Below are positions 8,823 to 16,645 of a stretch of DNA of 18,506 nucleotides, in pieces. How positions within the stretch are numbered: position 1 is the stretch's first letter; the number at the start of each line of letters is the position of its first letter. The translations under genes were made by a program, and so were the position numbers. This DNA is from Promethearchaeota archaeon (GTDB lineage Archaea; Asgardarchaeota; Lokiarchaeia; Sigyniarchaeales; SOKP01). The stretch spans positions 1 through 18,506 of the forward strand of contig JABCSY010000080.1 in assembly GCA_018238625.1 (NCBI GenBank), given 5' to 3'. The notes beneath the pieces are model-generated. The model worked only from the letters and a program-made list of their open reading frames with translations, was not told the origin of the DNA and searched no databases.

Positions 8823-9641
8823 TTAAATCCCCTCCAAAATTCTTCTTCCGGTAATTTTTAAAAAAACCTCCTCTAAATTTTTAGATTTATGCTCTTCCAT
8901 CAATTTTTTAGGGGATCCCAGGGCTATTAACTTCCCATAATCAATAATCGCAACTCTATCGCAGAGGGCTTCTGCTTCTTCGATATAATGGGTTGTCAAT
9001 ATGATGGTTATATTTTGATTTTTTAAAGAACTGATAAAACCCCATGTTTTTCGTCGAACTCGAGGGTCCATTCCCACCGTTGGTTCATCTAAGAAGAGAA
9101 TTCTGGGCTCGTTTATTAACGCAACTAATAAATTTAATTGTCTTAACATTCCTCCACTATATCCTTTTACTTTCCGCTTACTGGCTTCAAATAAACCTAA
9201 TAACTTTAATAGTTTTTCTGCTCGTTCATTTATTTCTTTTTTCGACATCAGATGTAAGTTCCCGAAAAACTCAATATTCTCTATACCTGTAAGAAATTTA
9301 AATGCTGCCGCTTTTTGTGGGCATAAACCAATCAATTCTTTAATCATTTTAAGCTCTGTTTTTACGTTATGACCCCCAACAACCGCAGTCCCTTCTGTTG
9401 GTGAAATTAAACCAGATAGAATATTTATTATAGTTGTTTTTCCTGCTCCATTAGGTCCCAAAAGTCCGAAAATCTCTCCTTTTTTTACTTGAAAAGTAAT
9501 TCCATCAACAGCCTTAACTTCCTCAATGACTTTCTTGCTCGTGTAAATCTTTCTCAAATCCTTGACTTCAATGGAGTTTGAATTATCAGGATCAATGATA
9601 ACTTCAGGGCTTTTATTTTCATTTTTTTTAGTTTTTAACAC
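8823..9641 (-). CDS. ABC exporter ATP-binding protein (DrrA/NodI-like)
   Basis: Walker A GPNGAGKTT, signature YSGGM, Walker B LFLDEPT, H-loop TTH and LEEVFL tail. GAGGTG SD precedes the GTG start. Confidence 0.95.
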   Translation of the reverse strand: MLKTKKNENKSPEVIIDPDNSNSIEVKDLRKIYTSKKVIEEVKAVDGITFQVKKGEIFGLLGPNGAGKTTIINILSGLISPTEGTAVVGGHNVKTELKMIKELIGLCPQKAAAFKFLTGIENIEFFGNLHLMSKKEINERAEKLLKLLGLFEASKRKVKGYSGGMLRQLNLLVALINEPRILFLDEPTVGMDPRVRRKTWGFISSLKNQNITIILTTHYIEEAEALCDRVAIIDYGKLIALGSPKKLMEEHKSKNLEEVFLKITGRRILEGI

Positions 9642-9677
9642 TTTTTTTTACACCTCTTTTTAGTTCTTTTTTCTTTT

Positions 9678-10154
9678 TTATTCTTTTTTGTTCTCAATAA
9701 AAAATCCAATAAAATCATTAGAATAATCTTTAACTATTTCAAGAGCTCCATTCTCTAGGGCTAATCCGGCTCTATTTAGCTTTAAACGAAGTATTGGCGG
9801 ATATATTATTTCAGCGTTTATATTGTCTTGAAGAAATTCAACCCAGAACGGTTCGATTTTAATATCGGCTAGAGCAATATAAAAACCCGAAATAGCTTTA
9901 ACAATCAGATTCTTTCTTCTTGAAATTTCCCAGTATTTAAGCAGCCAATTTTGAATTTCCAAACTTGGGATTTCCTTACTTATCATGTCTCCTATTATCA
10001 AGTAATCAATCTTTTCTTCAACTAAGAAAGCAGGATCAATTTTTTTAGCATTTCCTACAGATATATCAACGTAATCTTCCAAGCGATCCTGGAGCATCTC
10101 AGCAATAATCTTTGAGAATCCAATTCCATTCTTATATATTATCCATAGTTTCAC
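9678..10154 (-). CDS. Flavodoxin-like fold protein (degenerate)
   Basis: N-terminus MKLWIIYKNGIGFSKIIAEMLQDRL follows the flavodoxin beta1-loop-helix pattern, and DYLIIG matches beta3. AGGTGA SD present. Confidence 0.6.
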   Translation of the reverse strand: MKLWIIYKNGIGFSKIIAEMLQDRLEDYVDISVGNAKKIDPAFLVEEKIDYLIIGDMISKEIPSLEIQNWLLKYWEISRRKNLIVKAISGFYIALADIKIEPFWVEFLQDNINAEIIYPPILRLKLNRAGLALENGALEIVKDYSNDFIGFFIENKKE

Positions 10155-10197
10155 TTTAGTTCACCTGATTTTTTTTAAATTTTTTTTTATTAATTAT

Positions 10198-10432
10198 AAT
10201 ACAGATTGGGGCTCTAATAAGAGCATGTTCGCTAACGTGGAAAAAAATTAACAACGGAGGCTTATAGTCTTTAAATAGAAAGAACTGTATTTTTATGTTG
10301 AATGTTATTAAACCTCAAGTTGAAAAACAATCTATTATATCAATAAAATTCACTTCTTTACACCGAAATGGATATGAATTGACACAAAAAATACCAAAAT
10401 TTTTTCCATTTGGTTGAAATTTGGGATGGAAT
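10198..10432 (-). repeat. Left arm of ~230-bp inverted repeat (duplicated promoter/leader region)
   Basis: 10198-10254 is the exact reverse complement of 11657-11713 (57 bp). Likewise 10394-10423 matches 11498-11527 (30 bp) and 10357-10374 matches 11547-11564 (18 bp). Confidence 0.95.
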
Positions 10433-10445
10433 AGAAAATATTAAA

Positions 10446-11330
10446 TTATTTAGTTCTAAGTAATTGGTCGACCCAAAAATCATAATAATTTGCAGATAAT
10501 ACAATTCGTGGAATTAAATCTTTGAATCCTTCAGTTTGTAGTTTTTCTTGAATTTTCTGGGATTCACTTGAAGTTTTTGCCCATGTGTGTATTGTAAAAA
10601 AGTTGGGAATATTACTATACCTTAGGCAATAAGCAACATTTTGAGAATATTCGTCATATATTTGTTGAATTGTAGAATTCATATTAGTTCCTTCTTTTAA
10701 AACTATGTGAAAAACTGTACTAAAATTATTTTCTGCTTTAGGAGACCATTCAATGGTAAATGTAGCTAGCTTATTCTCAATCATTCGATCTAATCGTTTT
10801 CTAACGGTTTTAGCAGAGATCCCTACATCATCTGCAATATCTGTTATAGGTTTCCTTGCGTCTCTATTTAAAGTCTTTAAGATTTTATAATCAATACTTG
10901 TTAGTGGTTCTGGTGTTGTGATGTAAGGCACATTTATAATTCCTATAGTCGGCTCACTAATATGAGCCGTTCTTGAAACATAACCGCTAAAATCTTGAAG
11001 TTCTGTTATATCCCTTAAATACCCAACAACATACAGAAATTTACCTCCTGCAATTACAATATAAAAAATACTTTCATGTTGCCCTAACTCTTTACTAACG
11101 GCATCCATCGATTTTGCATTAGAAGTGCCAAAAATCAAAACCCATAGATATTTTAATGCAATAATACTGGGTCGGGCAATAAAAGCATTGATAATCCCAC
11201 CATCTTCAAGGCTTCTTATACGTTTATGAATTGCGCTTATTGACATATTGGTCATTTCCGCTAATTCTCTGTAGGTCAAGCGAGAGTTTTTTGAAAGTTT
11301 TTTCAGAATGATTAAGTCAATGTCATCCAT
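10446..11330 (-). CDS. Tandem (two-module) Lrp/AsnC family transcriptional regulator
   Basis: Two HTH modules: MDDIDLIILKKLSKNSRLTYRELAE... and LTSIDYKILKTLNRDARKPITDIADDVGIS..., each followed by a RAM-like region. Start moved to the ATG at 11330. Confidence 0.9.
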   Translation of the reverse strand: MDDIDLIILKKLSKNSRLTYRELAEMTNMSISAIHKRIRSLEDGGIINAFIARPSIIALKYLWVLIFGTSNAKSMDAVSKELGQHESIFYIVIAGGKFLYVVGYLRDITELQDFSGYVSRTAHISEPTIGIINVPYITTPEPLTSIDYKILKTLNRDARKPITDIADDVGISAKTVRKRLDRMIENKLATFTIEWSPKAENNFSTVFHIVLKEGTNMNSTIQQIYDEYSQNVAYCLRYSNIPNFFTIHTWAKTSSESQKIQEKLQTEGFKDLIPRIVLSANYYDFWVDQLLRTK

Positions 11331-11487
11331 AATTCTTACTAGAATTGTATCAATTATATAGATATATAATTTTCTCATCAAATTTTTAAATTTTTTGGTA
11401 TTAAAGAAATATTATTTATACTTCTGGGATAATCGGAAGAATTACTGAATAACTTAATGCTCGCGAATTTTGAAGATTATAATTTAA

Positions 11488-11713
11488 ATTCCATTCTCAA
11501 ATTTCAACCAAATGGAAAAAATTTTGGAATGTTTTGATTCAATTCTTATCCATTTCGGTGTAAAAAAGTGTAATTTGTAGATATTTTTTTATTTTAAGCT
11601 TTTATAAATTCGAAGATAAATTAGCTTTCCTTTTATTTAATGACTATAAACCCTCTTTGTTAATTTTTTTCCACGTTAGCGAACATGCTCTTATTAGAGC
11701 CCCAATCTGTATT
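11488..11713 (+). repeat. Right arm of ~230-bp inverted repeat
   Basis: Reverse-complement match to 10198-10432 in two conserved blocks separated by about 60-70 diverged bp. Confidence 0.95.
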
Positions 11714-11773
11714 TTTACTAACAAATAAAATTATAAAAAAAAATTAAAAAAAAACATTTGGAGTGTGAAAAAA

Positions 11774-11956
11774 ATGAAAAATTGGAAAGAAGTAGTTGGC
11801 GCACTATTAGGCGTATTAATAGCAGTTGTTTGGTTAGCTGTTGGATTGATAGGTTTTCCTATCTTTTATGCCATTGCCCTTACTATGGTGTTAGGTGTAT
11901 TGGCTGGGGGATTTTATGCGACAAGTACTCAAAACAAAAAACAAAGCAATAATTGA
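11774..11956 (+). CDS. Small two-TM membrane protein
   Basis: Two Gly-rich hydrophobic stretches. The ATG at 11774 follows a GGAGTGTGA SD-like motif; the ORF track starts at the GTG at 11765. Confidence 0.75.
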   Translation: MKNWKEVVGALLGVLIAVVWLAVGLIGFPIFYAIALTMVLGVLAGGFYATSTQNKKQSNN

Positions 11957-12017
11957 AAAAAAGATGAAAATATTGGAAGCAATTAATAAAAAAATTAAAA
12001 ATTAAATTCTCTTTTTT

Positions 12018-12055
12018 TTAGTGAACATGCTCTTAATAGAGCCCAAATCTGTATT
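12018..12055 (+). repeat. Third copy of 38-nt hairpin leader element
   Basis: TTAGTGAACATGCTCTTAATAGAGCCCAAATCTGTATT is 35/38 identical to 11676-11713 and to the reverse complement of 10198-10235. Confidence 0.9.
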
Positions 12056-12087
12056 AAAATTAGTTTAAAAAAAAATTAGAAAAAAAG

Positions 12088-12621
12088 GTGAAAATTATAA
12101 AATCAGAAAAAACTGGAAATATGAATAAGGAAGTAATGCAAGAGTGTCCCTACTATAAATTAGAACATGTGGTTTTTAAGTTCGGTCAGATGGCTTTTGG
12201 CACCTTAGGACTAATATTTCTTAATTTATGGGTTGCTGTGGGGTATTTAATATATTCTATTGTGTTTAACTTTTTGGTAATGCCATTAATCCTTTGTAAA
12301 TACTGTTATTACAAAGTAAAGGAAACTACAATAGATAATAATACAGGGAAGACTACTGGGAAGCTTTTGCCTAAAGATAAATGGAAAGAATCGTACTTAA
12401 AGAAATTCGTAGCTTGCGGGAAAAAAGGGAGTTTCAATTATATCATAATATGGTTTTTCCCTATTGTCGGAATAGTCATTTCGTTCTTTTTGAGTTTTTC
12501 TATAGTTGCTCTACTATCTTTAATTGGCTTTATAGTTGTGATGGTGGTAATGATGATTTATACCAGGCGGAAATTCTGTCCAACATGCGCTATCAAGGAT
12601 GAATGCTATAGCTCATGGTAA
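12088..12621 (+). CDS. Four-TM membrane protein with Cys clusters (putative metal-binding)
   Basis: Hydrophobic helices flanked by CPYY, CKYCYY, ACG and CPTC...EC. The start is uncertain (12088 GTG, 12097 ATA or 12121 ATG). Confidence 0.75.
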   Translation: MKIIKSEKTGNMNKEVMQECPYYKLEHVVFKFGQMAFGTLGLIFLNLWVAVGYLIYSIVFNFLVMPLILCKYCYYKVKETTIDNNTGKTTGKLLPKDKWKESYLKKFVACGKKGSFNYIIIWFFPIVGIVISFFLSFSIVALLSLIGFIVVMVVMMIYTRRKFCPTCAIKDECYSSW

Positions 12622-12671
12622 AAAAAATGGAAAATATAATAATAAAAATTTAAAAAATAGGTGATAGAATT

Positions 12672-13040
12672 ATGGTAGATGTGAAGATAAAGCTTTCAGC
12701 GTTATGGGTAGCTTTCTTTTTTAACTCGATCTATGGAGATGTGCTGCGATTATATGGCCCAGGAGAAGGAGCAGTGCAAATAACTCATGAATTGATGTTG
12801 GTATCTGCAATATCAATGGAGATTCCGATTGTTATGGGTTTCCTGTCCTTGGTGTTGAAGGATAAAGCGAATCGCAGAGTAAACATGATTATAGGCGTAT
12901 TCTTTGTTTGTTATAGTCTCATGTTTTTGATCTCATCATTTCTTGTGGCAATTTATGAGATATTTTTGGCAATTGCCCTCGTTGTGTTTGCTGCACTGAT
13001 TGTTTGGTATGCATGGAAGTGGCCTAAACAAGAACATTGA
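12672..13040 (+). CDS. Small membrane protein, DUF6326-like
   Basis: KIKLSALWV..F..IYGD, EIPI.M..LS..L....NR..N and IVWYAWKWP patterns, recalled from DUF6326 members. AGGTGA SD present. Confidence 0.7.
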   Translation: MVDVKIKLSALWVAFFFNSIYGDVLRLYGPGEGAVQITHELMLVSAISMEIPIVMGFLSLVLKDKANRRVNMIIGVFFVCYSLMFLISSFLVAIYEIFLAIALVVFAALIVWYAWKWPKQEH

Positions 13041-13119
13041 CCCTAATATGTATTATTATTAACTTAATTGGTACTAAAATTTAAAAAAAAAAAAAATTAA
13101 AAAATAAAGGTGATAAAAA

Positions 13120-13941
13120 ATTAAGGATAAATACCCCGTAGAAACTGGTTTTTTTGAAGATGGTCTACCTTATGCTAAAATGGGAAGTGAACCAAAAATC
13201 CTGCTCAGTATTGAAGCGTTATCATTCGAGCACGAGCCACCATCAGGATTTATGTTAAATCAATTTAAAAAATCAAATAGCCTATTCCTGGAAGATTACA
13301 CAGTATATCTTGTTGGCCGAAGACCGAACTTGCCAGATGATTATTTAATGGATAAGATGGCAGAGGATTATGCGAAAATGATACAAAGAGAATTTAAAGG
13401 ACCAGTTGATGTCGTTGGAGTATCAACAGGCGGACAGATCGCTCATTTTTTAGCCGCTGATCACCCCGACACTGTTCGAAAATTAGTCATTATCTCAGCA
13501 GCGTATCGATTGAGTGAAAAGGGAGTCGCGATCGAGAGGAGAGCAGCTGAATATTTTCAAAAAGAAAAATATGGAAAATGTATGGCAGCATTAATGGAAC
13601 TAATGGCATTCTCGAGATTAAAGGGAATTTTCATTAAATCATTCACGAGACTGATAGGAAAAATGATGATCAGGAAAGTAAAATATCCTAACGATTTTTT
13701 GATTGAAGTACGGGCCGATCGCGAGATGAATTTCAAGGATAGATTATCTGAAATTAAAGTTCCTACCTTGATATTGAGTGGAGAATTAGATGTTGGTTAT
13801 ACCATAGATGATGTTCGCACGACCGCAGAAGGAATACCAAATTCAAAATTGATTCTTTATAAAAGTTATGGACATAATCTTGCTATGTCTAATAGGGAGC
13901 AAGTGTTCAAGGACGCGTTAGAATTTCTAAAGAAGAATTGA
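13120..13941 (+). CDS. Alpha/beta fold hydrolase, probable ATT start
   Basis: GVSTGG nucleophile elbow, GELD acid and YGH His. The frame is open from 13117, and the ATT at 13120 lies 7 nt after GGTG. The first ATG is at 13180. Confidence 0.85.
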   Translation: MKDKYPVETGFFEDGLPYAKMGSEPKILLSIEALSFEHEPPSGFMLNQFKKSNSLFLEDYTVYLVGRRPNLPDDYLMDKMAEDYAKMIQREFKGPVDVVGVSTGGQIAHFLAADHPDTVRKLVIISAAYRLSEKGVAIERRAAEYFQKEKYGKCMAALMELMAFSRLKGIFIKSFTRLIGKMMIRKVKYPNDFLIEVRADREMNFKDRLSEIKVPTLILSGELDVGYTIDDVRTTAEGIPNSKLILYKSYGHNLAMSNREQVFKDALEFLKKN

Positions 13942-14022
13942 TAAATGCATCTCTGGAAACACCGTAAATAATAACTCCCGTGGAATATATTTATAATTAA
14001 ATAAATTAGAAGGTGATAAATA

Positions 14023-14109
14023 ATGGAACAATATATCAGCCAAATATATGCCTACCAGTCATGGATTCTTATCCTGTCTACTTGGTTAATAAGAGAAAAA
14101 CCTACATAG
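14023..14109 (+). CDS. Unannotated 28-aa small ORF (MEQYISQIYAYQSWILILSTWLIREKPT)
   Basis: AAGGTGA SD; the ATG is 7 nt after GGTG. Its stop overlaps the AGGAGG SD of the next gene. It is below the ORF-track length cut-off. Confidence 0.45.
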   Translation: MEQYISQIYAYQSWILILSTWLIREKPT

Positions 14110-14121
14110 GAGGGTAATAAA

Positions 14122-15405
14122 ATGGAAAAAACACAAATAAAAATGGGAAAATCATCATACAGAAAATATTATTTGGACTACTGGCGTACGTTCATGGTTC
14201 TATTAGTTATAATTCATCATTCATATTTACCGTATGTGATAGGATATGATTGGTACATTAGTGATGTGGTGAAAACACTCCCTTACACCTGGTCTTCTAT
14301 TACTCTTGATGTATTTATGATGCCTATTATGTTTTTTATTGCGGGTTACTTTGCCTTTCCCTCAATAAAGAATGGCGTAAAACGGTTTATTACAAAGAAA
14401 ATTATACGTATAGTCTTACCATTTTTTATTGGAATAATAATCCTTGCTCCAATTATAATGTATATATCTATAATTCATTATTTTCCATTATGGGATATTT
14501 CCTTTTTCGATTTTTGGTTAAATTATTATTTTACAGATCAATATATGGATCCGTCTTATTTTTGGTTTTTATCTTTATTATTCTTCTTCTTTATTGTGTT
14601 TGCAGCAGTTTATGCTGTAATGAAAAGAAAGATTGAAAATACATATAAAAAATCAGAATTAAAGAGAGTTAGTAAACTCAGTATTATTGTGTTTGTAATA
14701 ATATTTTTAGCTACATCTATAGTATTGTTCTACTTAACTGGTCTCGTATATCCAGATGGTTCTTGGTATTATTTTATAGATATCAAGTTTATTAAAATGC
14801 AAATAACTAGATCAATATTATATTTGCTTTATTTCATAATGGGAATAATTGTATTTATTAAAAGGATAGAACTCTCTAAGAAATTTTTGAAAGCTACTCC
14901 TTTGCTAATAATATTAACTATCATATCTACCGTAGCTTTTCGATTTTTTAAATTTGATATATATATTCAAGCATTTTTCGATATGGGGTTTGTACAGGCT
15001 GATTTACAGTTTTACAACGCTATCATTCATGTTCTTTATTGCTTTTTGCTTTTTATTACTTTGATGGCAATCTTTAAAAAGTATCTAAATCGTCGTTCAA
15101 AAGTATTGTCAAGATTAGCAGCAAATTCCTATAAAATCTATATAGTACATCTAGTTTGGGTAGTTATCATTCAGTATAGTACAGTAGATATACAAATAAA
15201 TATTTTCTATAAATTCCTGATTACTGCTATTGGTGCTTTCATATTGAGTTTGGGTACAGGTGAATTATTAAGGCTAATAAAACATGCTTTTATAAAAACC
15301 AATACACTTCTTTCTGGTAATATAGACCGGACTAGCAATGGATTAATATTTGGTTCCGATAATCAGTTGAAAAAAAAAAGGAAGGTGATAAATAATGGAA
15401 AATAA
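14122..15405 (+). CDS. Acyltransferase family 3 membrane protein (OpgC/MdoC-like)
   Basis: RKYYLDYWR...LLVIIHH, FMMPIMFFIAGYF, KKIIRIVLPF, YFWFL and SYKIYIVH motifs, with about 10 TM segments. Confidence 0.88.
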   Translation: MEKTQIKMGKSSYRKYYLDYWRTFMVLLVIIHHSYLPYVIGYDWYISDVVKTLPYTWSSITLDVFMMPIMFFIAGYFAFPSIKNGVKRFITKKIIRIVLPFFIGIIILAPIIMYISIIHYFPLWDISFFDFWLNYYFTDQYMDPSYFWFLSLLFFFFIVFAAVYAVMKRKIENTYKKSELKRVSKLSIIVFVIIFLATSIVLFYLTGLVYPDGSWYYFIDIKFIKMQITRSILYLLYFIMGIIVFIKRIELSKKFLKATPLLIILTIISTVAFRFFKFDIYIQAFFDMGFVQADLQFYNAIIHVLYCFLLFITLMAIFKKYLNRRSKVLSRLAANSYKIYIVHLVWVVIIQYSTVDIQINIFYKFLITAIGAFILSLGTGELLRLIKHAFIKTNTLLSGNIDRTSNGLIFGSDNQLKKKRKVINNGK

Positions 15406-16645
15406 ACATAATGTAATCATAGATCCTGATAATTCAACAAACAGTGATGAATATCCACAAAAGTGGCGTTTTTGGCCTGTTATATTAATTAGTTTATTTT
15501 TCACCATTAATGGTTCTTTAATAATGCTTGGGATTCCCATTTTGTTCTTTCAGAGAGGGATCAGTATAGAAATCATTAGTTTTTTATCTGCAGCTCAAAT
15601 TATGGCATACTGTTTTTCACCATTACTATTCAATAAAGCATCTGATAAACTTGGACGAAAGAAGAGTGTAATTTTAGCTATGGTCGGAACTAGTAGCACT
15701 CAGATTACATATTACTTCGTTTTAGACCCTTTAGTTTTTCTAATAGCACGATTTACAGAAGGGCTCTTTTTAGGTTTCTTTGCCTCAAATTTGCAAGCAA
15801 GTATTTCAGATAATCAATTTTTAGATCATAGCAAATATCTATCGAGATTAACTCTATCATTTAATTCGGGTGGATTAATTGGACTCCTTTTTGGAGCACT
15901 TTTTTTATTTTTCATAAATGACATGATATTAGTTTTTTATATTGCACCATTATTAGTAATAGCTGATGCAATTATTGCAATATTCTTCTTTCAAGAGTCT
16001 ACAAAATTAAACAATAATATTGTTATCAAAGAGTCGGCGAATAATGACAAAAAAAATTCGGTTCTAAATAATTCTAAAAAGTCAGATGAAGCCAAATATT
16101 ATATCCCCGTAGTTATTCCTATATTAATCTTGTTTGGTTTCTCTTTTGCAAATGGAAGTGCTTATTTCATATACCCAATAAAATCAGAAATTTTAGGATT
16201 TCAACCTTATAGTGCATATTTCCTTTCATTTTTTGCTATGTTTGCTCAAACGCTCTCTACATATAAGGCAAGTTTGTGGTCAATTAAAAGATTAAAGGTA
16301 GTATCGTTAATTTCAATAATTCTAGTATCTCTAATAATCGTATGCTTTGGTATTAATGAAATTTATTTTGTTTTCATTATACTTTTTGTAATACTTGGAC
16401 TTTTAGCGGGTATTTTATACGGAAGTGCTATAAAGTATTTTATGATCCTTAATCTAACTAAATGTACATCTAAATATAGCAGTATAATGGAAAGCCTTAC
16501 TGGCATTACTTTTTTTGCCACCCAAATAACAGCTGGGTTTATCGGTGGAATGAACTTAGAGTTAGCGTTTTTTACGCTCTCAATAATTCTTATGGGTATC
16601 TTTATTTTAAATCTCCTATACATGAAAAAGATAAGAGAGCTATAG
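15395..16645 (+). CDS. MFS transporter
   Basis: Motif A-like KASDKLGRK and ARFTEG, with about 12 TM segments in two halves separated by a hydrophilic loop. Confidence 0.88.
   Translation: MENKHNVIIDPDNSTNSDEYPQKWRFWPVILISLFFTINGSLIMLGIPILFFQRGISIEIISFLSAAQIMAYCFSPLLFNKASDKLGRKKSVILAMVGTSSTQITYYFVLDPLVFLIARFTEGLFLGFFASNLQASISDNQFLDHSKYLSRLTLSFNSGGLIGLLFGALFLFFINDMILVFYIAPLLVIADAIIAIFFFQESTKLNNNIVIKESANNDKKNSVLNNSKKSDEAKYYIPVVIPILILFGFSFANGSAYFIYPIKSEILGFQPYSAYFLSFFAMFAQTLSTYKASLWSIKRLKVVSLISIILVSLIIVCFGINEIYFVFIILFVILGLLAGILYGSAIKYFMILNLTKCTSKYSSIMESLTGITFFATQITAGFIGGMNLELAFFTLSIILMGIFILNLLYMKKIREL

Noticed and set aside
11352-11371. AT-only palindrome AATTATATA-GA-TATATAATT upstream of the tandem Lrp start
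   Set aside because: It probably just contains the TATA box of a leaderless transcript, and AT palindromes are expected by chance at this composition.
10198-11713. Insertion sequence with terminal inverted repeats
   Set aside because: The enclosed ORF is an Lrp regulator rather than a transposase, no target-site duplication is evident, and part of the arm recurs alone at 12018.
10198-12055. CRISPR array interpretation of the three 38-nt hairpin repeats
   Set aside because: The copies are in mixed orientation and are separated by hundreds of bp containing genes. No cas genes are present.
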